DNA from: Glycera tridactyla
Taxonomy: Eukaryota
Assembly (NCBI GenBank): GCA_965644265.1
Contig: OZ286459.1
Span: forward strand, 139,872,001 to 139,936,000
Direction of reading: 5' to 3'
DNA length: 64,000 nt
A model generated the notes under the pieces. The model was not told where the DNA came from and ran no database searches. It was given only the letters and a program-made list of their open reading frames with translations. This document shows positions 1 through 10,799 of the stretch, one piece after another. Position numbers and translations under genes: made by a program. Each line of letters begins with the position of its first letter. Positions within the stretch are counted from its first letter, which is position 1.

Positions 1-1
1 C

Positions 2-358
2 AATGACCTAGCTGTGAAGTTCAACTGGGCTTGAAAGCCAGGTTGGAAAAGCTCTGAAGTGAATAAAGGATTTGGTGCCCTGCGACTCTGTAAAGCAGTC
101 ACAAGTGAGTTTTTTTCTGAGTTGAATCATAAAATTTCAGTTGAGCCGAGATGCCTTTTTGGTGTGAGTTTGGAAATTTGATGATATATATTTCTGTGTT
201 TAGGTGCTGTTATCCGAAATCTGGCACTTGGGACTGTAACACAGAAGGAGGTCCACCGTGGAGTCATGCTGTGGTTTCGCAATGCTGCAGACCGCAATGG
301 AGGCCAGCAGGAAAGGTTGGCCAAGAAGAATTGTCGGACAGAGCAGAATATAGAGTAG
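2..358 (+). pseudogene. Last two exons of a decayed BEN-like/DUF4806-type gene (exons 2-104 and 204-358)
   Basis: GTGAGT donor at 105 and TTTCTGTGTTTAG acceptor ending at 203 (99-nt intron). The spliced frame reads NDLAVKFNWA*KPGW...KGFGALRLCKAVTSAVIRNLALGTVTQKEVHRGVMLWFRNAADRNGGQQERLAKK...*. The FNW...W(F/L)xxAxDRxGG pattern is recalled from DUF4806/BEN-like proteins. In-frame TGA at 32-34. Confidence 0.6.
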
Positions 359-1089
359 CCAGTTGTCAAGCATCCTCTGTTTTTGCACTCTTTACAAAAA
401 AGTCTGCAATTTCATGACATAACATAACATCACATATGTTATGTTTTATTTTATGTTATATGTTATGTTATGTTTTGTAACCAACAACATCAAGTTAAAT
501 ATGAACCCTGTTGTGACGGTACAGTAAGTAGTGTACGATATTCTGTGCCAAAATGTGTTTGGCACCTGAGTGTGCGTAGTTGTAAGAAAAAATAAAGCTG
601 TATTGTTTTTCATGCATTTATATGGAATCACATGTTTATGAATATCCTCTATATGCTGGCCATCCATCAATTTTTATGTATATCTCCAATACTTCATCTG
701 TATATATGTATCTGAATAAACTATATTTTTGAAAGTAGATTTCGTTCATCAGCATTTTATTTCATCGGACATGAAATTCTGTCACTTGCCGTGACCAGGG
801 TCTGAATTGGATACTGTTCTGAATCAACTCCCTCTGGTACCCTGATGCCTAATGTAATCCAGCATTGGTGTATCACTTAACTGTTCCTGTATAGGGAGAT
901 ACTCAAGTAAGTTGAAAGTGGCATGAAATTGATTGCTGTCTTGGCCTAAAGAGAAAGATTGACTGGTGCAGCAGGACAATTTATCTGTGTATTTAGATTG
1001 GCAGATAAAAAATCATCCCCATCTTTCCTGATTTTTGGTAGTGGCTTGAGGCGCAGGGTCAGTAATAGTTCCCCCGACAGGGACTGCAA

Positions 1090-1670
1090 GGGCTGATACA
1101 ATTATGGCTTTATGATGGCTCATTTATGTTGTGATTCTGGCATACAAAACTGGGCCAGAATCAGTCTAGTTGGGAAATGCTAGTACTGGTTTGTTTGTTT
1201 GTTTGTTTAAGTTTAACGTCACTTAAACCCACTTGGGTTATATCGGACTGAAAAACTGAAAATGCTGAAGAAAAGAGTCACTGCCTGCCGGGGGCCGTCC
1301 CTACTCTTTGCGAAAGACAGCAGTGGATCTTTAACGTGCGTCAAGGAAAAGACTCCTATCAACACGGCCGGCCTTTGATATCCCAGTCGGCATGCACTGG
1401 GTGCTAGTACTGGTGTCATTAAGGCTGAGTTGTGGCTTCATTATGGCATGGTTCTGACATACAGTGCTGGGCCAGAATCGTTCCAGTTAAGGAAACCCCA
1501 TACTGGCGCCATTATGGCTTGGTGATGGCTTCATTGAGGCATGGTTCTGGCATACAGCGCTGGCCCAGATCCAAAGCAATGTGCGTGTCGGATCTGGGCC
1601 AGAGCCTGAATCCAGCGCTGTGCCAGATCCGACATTATGGTTTGCCAGCACTAGCCCAGAGCTGATCCAC
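1090..1670. repeat. Degenerate ~90-100 bp repeat with internal inverted motifs
   Basis: ATTATGGC...GGTTCTGGCATACA...CTGGGCCAGA recurs near 1100, 1432 and 1511; CTGGCCCAGATC and GATCTGGGCCAG are an inverted pair at 1560-1602. Confidence 0.6.
1191..1401 (-). mobile_element. 5'-truncated 3' end of I/Nimb family A (V-domain-like body, AAAC tail)
   Basis: Matches 8537-8745; flanked by a perfect 13-bp TSD TGCTAGTACTGGT (1178-1190 and 1402-1414). Confidence 0.9.
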
Positions 1671-1685
1671 TGCCACAATGTTATT

Positions 1686-2731
1686 TGGGGTGTCATCCCT
1701 TCTCTTCTTCTCAATATCTTTTGGAATGGGGGGTTGAATGAAAACATACCTTCAAAATTTTCTATCATCTATCTTTAGGCATTTTCTACCGAAATTGCAC
1801 TATCACCAGATTTCTTTTTCTTGACCTCTTCCCTATCCCTCTAAGCTATTTCTTATTTCTTCAGTGAAATGGTCTCAGGTGTAGGTAGCTGATGGTTTGC
1901 CTGTAGCAGATATTGTCACTATGCAAAACGCGTGTACCAGGCACACCAGTTCTGGGTTACTAGGGCTGCGACTAGGTTTACTAGGTTGTGTGATGGCATT
2001 GTACTGCAAGCATAGGGCAAGCCATGATTGTAAAGCTGGTTTGAAGTTGACAGTTCGTAATTGAAGACATTGTTTGAGTATTCTCCGAACCTAATGCTTT
2101 TCCTTGTTTCAAGTACTGTGCTTTGCGTAAAAAAAAGCATAGCTATCAGGCTTGAGTGTTAGCTTCCAGCCAGTTACATAGTTAGATATGCCATCATCAG
2201 GTTCAATATGTCTTTTTTGTAGAGTTAGAGTTGGTAGGGGTGTGTCTGAACCATCAGCTACTTCCACTTGACAACCTTTCAGGGAGTTCCCCATCATCTT
2301 GTGTTCAGGGTTTGTGAGAGTGATGTCTTCAGGGGAGAGACCATCTAGCTTTCATTAATCAGGAACACACGGCATACATAATCCTGTGGGTTGATACATG
2401 CCGTTAAGCCTCAAACAAACAAAAAAAAAAGCGTAAAAAAAAAGCATAGCTATCAGGCTTGAGTGTTAGCTTCCAGCCAGTTACATAGTTAGATATGCCA
2501 TCATCAGGTTCAATATGTCTTTTTTGTAGAGTAAGAGTTGGTAGGGGTGTGTCTGAACCATCAGCTACTTCCACTTGACAACCTTTCAGGGAGTTCCCCA
2601 TCATCTTGTGTTCAGGGTTTGTGAGAGTGATGTCTGCAGGGGAGAGACCATCTAGCTTTCATTAACCAGGAACACACGGCATACATAATCCTGTGGGTTG
2701 ATACATGCCGTTAAGCCTCAAACAAACAAAC
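1686..2731 (+). mobile_element. Family B non-autonomous or LINE-3' retroelement with I-clade-type tail; 3' ~300 bp tandemly duplicated
   Basis: Ends GGGTTGATACATGCCGTTAAGCCTCAAACAAAC at both ~2420 and ~2730; 2125-2430 is repeated at 2431-2731. Homologous copies at 8119, 22619, 29258, 30900 and 59809. Confidence 0.85.
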
Positions 2732-3014
2732 AGATAGGTATATGGAGTCTAGATTTAATGGATTGTGGGCCAGTGACCTTACATTAGTGTATATAACGGA
2801 TAACACTCCATATTACCTCCAGTGGCTAACAGAGTTGGCCGATAGGGATATTACAAATAAAAATTGCAAATGTATTTTCTTAGTGATCAGTTTTCAATGG
2901 GGGCAAAAAAATCTCAATCGCTCATACCAGGTGTTAGTGACCACAAAGCTGTAGTGGTCGACTCAGATATTAGGCCACTTTACAACGCTCCTCCGGCTAG
3001 GAAGATTCACTTAT

Positions 3015-6000
3015 CAGACATATTTAAACATGAATCGCTATCAGATGTGTCTGACAAAATTGTACTTGGGGATATGAACATTGACCTCATGTCTGATAAA
3101 AATCACAAAACGAAATCTTATTTAGCCACATGTGAGAGTTTAGGCCTACAACATCAAATCAACATTCCAACCAGAATCTGTAAGGAATCAAGTATCTGCA
3201 TTGACCACTTCATGGTAAACCGCCCGAGGTACTATCAGCGTTTTGGGGTAATCGACCTTCCCTGAGTGACCACCAACTCATATATGGGGTCCGACATCGT
3301 TTTAAACTTGATAAAGTTAAAAACATGATAGAAATTAGGTCCTTTAGGAACTTTTCAGTTGATAAATTTAATAATGAACTAGAGAATGCTGATTGGACTA
3401 CCGTCGCTAACAGTGATGATATGAATACTGCATCAACATCTTTCGAAAAGATCTTTACCACGATTCCTGCGAAAATTGATCATCAGCCCTGGGTGAATCA
3501 AGAATATCTGAGTCACATTGATTATTGCGAATATAGATGCAAAATAAAAAATAACAACCCTACGCCAATGAATATTGAAATGAAAAAAGAGGCTTACCGA
3601 GTAAAAAATCGCCTGAAACGCTCCCTGAAGAAATCTTACATAATGGATTGTTTAAACCGCACTCAAGGGGATAGTAAAAAACTATGGCAAGAAATTAAAC
3701 GGTTCTGGCCATTAACGCAGAAAATTCCAGTTTCTCCAACTAATCCTGAGATTAGCGATTAGTCCACTATAGCAAATGAAGTAAATGAATATTTCGCATC
3801 TGTAGGATCAAACCTGGCGGAAAAATTCAAAACTACATCATTTAGACCAGATGACCATGTAATACCAGTCAATCATAAGTTTGACATAACTGAGATTTCC
3901 GTGACCGTTACTGAAGATGCAATCAAGGACCTGAGCAACTCTAGCGCGGCAGGCTGCAACTCTATAAGTAGTTATTTTATCAAAATATCATCAAAAATAG
4001 TTGCCCCTATTTTGACATATTTGATAAATTTATCGATAAAGAAAAAATATTTTCCAGACAATTGGAAACAAGCAATAATAACGGTATTACACAAGGGAGG
4101 GAAATCAACGGATTATGGGAACTTTAGACCAATATCTCTACTGTCAGTTATAGGGAAAATAGCAGAACGTGTCATTCACAAACAAACATATAATCTTATT
4201 AGCTCAAACAATTTATTCAGCCCTGTGCAATTTGGGTTCAGGAAGGGGTCCTCCACCGGCACTTGCTTGTCCATATTACTGGACAAGATCTATGCAGCGA
4301 CAGAAAAAGGTGAATTAAGTGGCCTGGACCTAAAAAAAGCCTTCGACACGGTAAATCATGTCATCTTACTAAAGAAACTCCAGATCCTTGGCTTCACCGA
4401 AAATAGTATAGAATGGTTCGGATCATATTCAAGTAATCTAACACAGTCGACGAGAATCGGACAAGTTGTATCACAAAAAACTAGCTTAAATTATGGGGTC
4501 CCTCAGGGATCAATATTGGGGCCGTTGCTATTTTTAACCTATGTGAACGAAATTCTTAGTCATGTAACTTTTAGCTTTCCATTATTATATGCGGATGTCT
4601 GGAAAATCTAGCGTGGAAATTGAAGAAAAATTTAGATGTGACTTATCTGACCTAGCTAAATGGTTCAATAAACTTCAACTAACAGTGAATACTAAAACGA
4701 GCAATGTGATGATTTTTGGCACACCACAAAGACTTAGACAAACATCAGAGATTGTTTTGAAGTTGAACAATGAAATAATATCACAAACCACAAAATATAA
4801 ATACTTAGGAATACAACTGGATTCATGTTTGACTTTTGAAAACCATATCACTTACCTGATGAATAAAGTTAACTTCAGGAGGCGGGCCCTGCAGTATTTG
4901 CGACCGTCAATTTCAAAGGAACTAGCTGAGTATCTGTATATCAGTTTGATCCACCCGCTATTTATCTACCTCGATTATTTATATGATGGATGTACTGCGA
5001 CTCAATCTAAGCGATTGCAGGTGTCCCAAAACAAATGCCTAAATGCAATTGTCCAAGGAAATAAAAGATACACGGCACAGGAATTACACAGTAGTTTGGG
5101 GATTCAGGAGCTTGCCCTCATAAGGCGCAAAAACACAATCATAGAAGTTCATAAAGATCTTGGTAAGCGAGATTTGTTGGATAGTTATGATATATTTCAC
5201 TTGTGCTCAGAAAGGGATACTACCACGGGAGAAAATCGACGCATTACACGCACTCAAACTAAAGAAACCGCCAATGTTGAAGTGATTAGAAATAAACTCC
5301 ATTTTTCGGACCGAAGCCTACGATACAGAGGCGCCATCCACTGGAACAGATTAGACTTAGAAACAAAGCAATGTGAAACTAGAGAGGCACTGAAGAAACG
5401 GCTAGAATTAATTATATATTAGAATATTTAAAATAATGGTCATGAGTGAATAATTAAAATACTCTGTGGATTGCCCATTTAACGAACTAGCGCAGAAATA
5501 TTTGATGTAGATTGAGTGTCACAATATAGAAAATTGTCTCGTAATCAGTTGTCTAAAGAGTTGTCATATTTGAAGACTAAGTGTGAGCACCTCCATGGAT
5601 TGCCCATGTAGTGGCCTCCGTCGATAAGACTCTATAGATAAAGCACTTGATAAATGAGGGGTAACTATGAGAATTGAATCACATTCATTCTCTAAGATTT
5701 CGACAATTGTATATGAATGAATGTTGTTGACTACCACTCAGATTCATTGAAACCTGAAAACTGGTTTACAGGTACCTCCATAGATTGCCTATGTAGATAC
5801 CATTGCTGGTTGAACGAGGTGAGAATGAATGTATATATGAACCAGTGTCAATGACACCGAAGCTCATCTGATCCTGCATCTGTAATATGCATTTGAATTT
5901 GAAAAGTGATCCAATCAGCCTAATTACCAAGACTACTTTTGCAGGGCACTTTTTCTATTCGACATAGTCAGATATACCTGTGATGAGAGACCACTTCTTT

Positions 6001-7458
6001 CGGCAGAAGGGTGATCACTTGTCACAGGTTCCACTATCATTGGTAGTAATTGCCAAATGTTGGTGGGCTGTCGATACATATTCAATACAAACTCTGAAAT
6101 TGTTAGTGGCCATTGGATACTATCTATTTAGATAGTACCCACAGGTAGCAATGTAGAGCATGTACACACACACACGCACACACACTCACACAAACACATG
6201 CACAAACACCTACAGGCACAGGACACTCATTTCTTTAATCAATTAGGAATGGGAAGGGCAAGGGAAGGAAAGGATGAAATCAACACCCTAGTCATTGTTC
6301 AAGAATTCAATAGGTGTTTACCACTGGAGAACCTTACATAATGATGAAAGGGAAGCCCACAGGAGTGCGTTCATTACGGAGAGGTCTCACACAATAGAGA
6401 CTAAGCGAGTGATAAGCGTTGATTTCAGCTATTTCGAGAATGTGCACTATTAAGCAAGTTAGGCTTGTACACAAATGCTAGCGAAGTGGCCTAATTGCCA
6501 ATTTGTTAACAATAATTTCACACAAAACATGATCAGGCTTTATGCCCAATGGCCTCTTCTCACTAACAAAACAATCATGATCAAAATCCATCAAGAATTG
6601 AAGGAGATACAATTTTAGTGACCCATGGCTAATGACCCAATTAGCCTAATTACCATGTCATTATCAAGAAAGTCACACAAAATCTGACTAGAATCTGTGT
6701 GCAATGGTTGATTCTAACCAATAAAACAATCAGAATCAAAATCCATTGAGAATTGAGGGAGTAGATACAGTTTTTGTGATTTTCAGCTGAAAACCCAATT
6801 AGGTATGCCACAATTAGCCTAATTACTGAGTTGTGGAAAGAAATTTTTGAAAAACCCGACCAACTTTTGTGGGCAACGCTTATATCTCACCAATAAAACA
6901 ATCAGAATCAAAATCCATCAAAAATTGAGGGAGAAGATACGTTTTTGGTGATTCTTGCATAATCACTCAATTAGCCTAATTACTAAGTCATTAATGAGAA
7001 TGTCACACAAAACATGACCAGGATGTGTGTGTAATGCTCGGTTCTGTCTAATAAAACAATCAGAATCAAAATCTATTGAGAAATGAGGGAGGAGATGCAA
7101 TGTCTGTGAATTGTGGACGACGACGGACGACAGACGACGGACGACGGGTGATGGCATAAGCTCATCAGCCTTCGGCCAGATGAGCTAATTATTTGAGGAA
7201 TGGAATGTGTACTACCTGTATATATTGATGAAAGATAGAGAAAGACTGTGAGTTGGTTGAATGGGTGAATGGAAAAACATGTGATTGTACATGCGTTATA
7301 CATATTGTTTATAGTTATGATGTTCTTCTTTATCTAGTCCTACTGTATTGAAAATCTTGTACATTGTCTGCATAAGCGCGTAATATGACCTCTCGAGGTC
7401 AATTGTAATTATGTTCTCTTACTTATGCAATAAAGACATTTCTTATCTTATCTTATAG
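3015..7458 (+). mobile_element. 5'-truncated Crack/L2-like (CR1-group) LINE with frameshifted ORF2 (3015-5422), long 3' UTR and (TCTTA)n tail
   Basis: IVLGDMNID, PTR, IDH, NFRPISLL, QFGFR, DLKKAFDTV, GVPQGSILGP, YAD and YLGI motifs across ORFs 2864-5422. Stem-loop TGACCTCTCGAGGTCA at ~7386, then AATAAA and a TCTTATCTTATCTTAT tail at 7441-7456. It splits the CR1 host inside the L|F codons. Confidence 0.88.
6390..7200 (+). mobile_element. Helentron-associated non-autonomous element (HINE-like) with ~155-170 bp internal tandem units
   Basis: Four AAAACAATCAGAATCAAAATC units (~6569, 6723, 6896, 7054), a GACG microsatellite, then the terminal hairpin AGCTCATCAGCCTTCGGCCAGATGAGCT. The 5' boundary is uncertain. 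Confidence 0.75.
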
Positions 7459-8756
7459 ATTTGCCAAAGCAGACTGGGCCCAAATCAGAGAAAAAACAGT
7501 CGCTTTTGCTGAGGAATACCTTGCAGCTTGCCCAGACCAAACAGTTGATGAGAACTGGACGAGGATAAAGAAACACCTTACTGCAATGCTAAATCAGTAT
7601 GTACCATCAAAACTCCGCTCGAGTCGCTTTAACCTGCCTTGGCTAACACAGGAACTTAAGAGACAGATCTGTGAGAAGAGACGTTTTCGTTTGTTTGTTT
7701 GAGTTTAACGTCACTTAAACCCGCTTGGGTTATATCGGCCTGAAAAACTGAAAATGCTGAAGAAAAAAGTCACTGCCTGCCGGGGCCGTCCCTACTCTGC
7801 GAAAGACAGCAATGGATCTTTAACATGCGTAAAGGAAAATGCTCCTAAATACACGGCCGGCCTTTGATATCCCAGTTGGCATGCACTCGGTTAGCATGCA
7901 TACGATTCATATTTGTCTAAATACTCCCAATTCATGTAAATAATCAAATATGTCCGTTGGCTCCTAAATACACGGCCGGCCTTTGAAATCCCAGTCGACA
8001 TGCACTGGGTTAGCATGCATACGATTCATATTTGTCTAAATATTCCCAATTCATGCAAATAATCAAAAATGTCGGTTGGACTGACTTTCATGAAAAGTTG
8101 TGTCATATTTTCAACAGTTTGTTTATTTGAGGCTTAACGGCATGTATCAACCCACAGGATTATGTATGCCGTGTGTTCCTGGTTAATGAAAGCTAGATGG
8201 TCTCTCCCCTGCAGACATCACTCTCACAAACCCTGAACACAAGATGATGGGGAACCTGAAAGGTTGTCAAGTGGAAGTAGCTGACGGTTCAGACACACCC
8301 CTACCAACTTTTAACTCTACAAAAAAGACATATTGAACCTGATGATGGCATATCTAACTATGTAACTGGCTGGAAGCTAACACTCAAGCCTGATAGCTAT
8401 GCTTTTTTTTACGCAAAGTGCAGTACTTGAAACAAGGAAAAGCATTAGGTTCGGAGAATACTCAAACAATGTCTTCAATTACGAACTGTCAACTTCAAAC
8501 CAGCTTTACAATCATGGCTTGCCCTATGCTTGCAGTCTGTTTGTTTTTGTTTAACGTCACTTAAACCCGCTTGGGTTATATTGGACTGAAAAACTGAAAA
8601 TGCTGAAGAAAAAGCGTCACTGCATGCCGGGGGCCGTCCCTACTCTTTGCGAAAGACAGCAGTGGATCTTTAACATGCGAAAAGGAAAAGGCTCCTAAAT
8701 ACACGGCCGGCCTTTGATATCCCAGTCGGCATGCACTGGGTTAGCATGCACACGAT

Positions 8757-10360
8757 TCATAGTCGTCTAAATATTCCCAATTCATGCAGATAACCAAATA
8801 TGTCTGTTGGATCAACTTTCATGAAAAGTTGTGTCATATTTTCTACAGTGTAATACTTTACTCTAGTTTGCGATAGTTTTCTACAGTCGAGCAATAAATG
8901 TTTGACAGTGAGATGGCATCCGCATGCAAAGCAATTAGGATTGCCTTGTTTTTTCAGAAGGTGTGAATGGGTGAGATATGTATGTCCTATCCTCAGACGG
9001 GAAAGTACTATCTCCTCTCTTCTATTCATAGTTCTCACGGGGAATCTGTCCACCAGGTTTGGTCTGATGCGATATAATTTATCTCGCTTTTTGGTTCCCC
9101 ATTCATTCTGCCAGAGTTGGTCAATATAGAGCTTTATTCTTGGTTTGAGGTCAGAATAATGGATTTCCATCTCAGTGACTGGCAAACCTAAAGCCCTTTT
9201 GGCCGCTTCATCGGCTGCCTCATTTCCAGGAATTCCGATATGGCTCGGAATCCAGCAAAGTCTAACAGTCTTTTGATGATCTTTAATTATTTGATACTCT
9301 TGCAAGATTTGCAAGAGTATACAGTTCCTGAGATTTCCCTGCAAGGCCTGCAGAGATGACAGGGAGTCTGAAAATTATGAACTTTTGTTTTTCCGACCTT
9401 GATAAGTATTTGAAAGCCATTAGTAAGGCCCTTAGTTCAGCTGAGAACAGTCGACCAATCAGGTGATCTACAGTAATAAGTTTGTGATTCTGTATAAACA
9501 GCTGCAGATGCTTTGCTGTCACATTTGGATCCATCTGTGAAGATGGCCTCATGATCACTATAACGTGACCTAATCTCTAGGTATCTACTTTTGTATAGCA
9601 ATGGGTTGGTGTTCTCCTTTGTGGACTGAGTCAAGTCCAGATGTATTTGTGGAATGTCACAGTCCCAGTCCGCAATCTGAGCAGGATCCATCTGTGATAT
9701 TGGGAGTGTGCCAAAGTCACAACTTCCAAAGTGATTTTCGACTCCTATTCCAAGAGGAGCAATGACATGGAGATTTTCTTGAAATTCCTGTTTATATTTA
9801 GGCCTGAAGACACTCTCATGTGTTGGATTCGATGGGTTTGCTTTCAATTTCAGACAGTACTGGAGACCTAACTTTATCCTTCGTAGATGAAGTGGAGGTT
9901 CATTGGCTGGTTATGGACTGTATCAAGCATTTTGAGGTTGGTTGGGCATGCAGATCCATAAATCATGCACCCATAATCTAATTTAGATCGAATAAGAGAT
10001 CTGTAAACCATGAGCAGTGTTTCCCGATCAGCTCCCCAGTCCAGGTGGGATAACACCTTCAGCATGTCAAGTGCCCGGAGGCATTTGACTTTGAGTTGCT
10101 GAATATGGGGTTTGAAAGTCAATCGTCGGTCAAAGACCAGGCCTAGGAACTTTGTTTGTTCCACTACTGGTATTGCTGATCCACCTATAAAGAGCTCAGG
10201 TTCATCATGATGCCTTGTTGATCTACAGAAATGCATGCAAACTGTTTTGGTTTTAGAAAACTTAAAGCCATTCTTGTCCGCCCAGTCTTGAAGTTTGTAT
10301 AGGGTTTGCTGTAGTTTCCTCTCCACTACCCGAACTTGTCTAGCTCCATAGCAGATAAGA
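8757..10360 (-). pseudogene. Frameshifted I/Nimb ORF2 C-terminus (RT thumb, RNase H, zinc-knuckle-like motif)
   Basis: KFLGLVFD, RSKLDYG, IFTDGSK, LCWIPSHIGIPGNEAADEAAK, RLRIGHT and CFACGCHLTVKHLLLDC spread over several frames; TGA stop at 8759-8757. Confidence 0.9.
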
Positions 10361-10799
10361 TAAGATAAGATAAGATAAGATAATGTTTATTCATCAGAAG
10401 ACATGTGATCACAAGAATCATATTACATGCTAATGATACATGGGAAGAAAGCAGCCAAGTGACATATTGACTAGGAACAATACATGGTAATAATGGTATA
10501 AATTCAAACAGTGTGGGAGAAAGAGATGAGTGGGATAGGTGAGAGGGAAGAAAAACATGAGAGGAAGTGAGAGATTTGGAGGAGAAAGAGAGGAAAAGGG
10601 AAAAGGGAAAAGCATGGGAATGGAGCAAGAAGGAAAAATACAAAATAATATTGCTAGAGTAAAGGCAAAATGTAGAGAAGGAAACATTTGCTTAGGCAGA
10701 ACTCAAGGAGATCACTGCTGAGGCGTGTACGATGAGCTAAAATGAACTGCTAGTGGACTGGGGATGTCATTTTCAGATGGCGGTCTGACAGAAAACATT

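Noticed and set aside
413-478. Inverted (ACATA)n/(TATGT)n palindrome
   Set aside because: Short, imperfect low-complexity sequence with no associated element.
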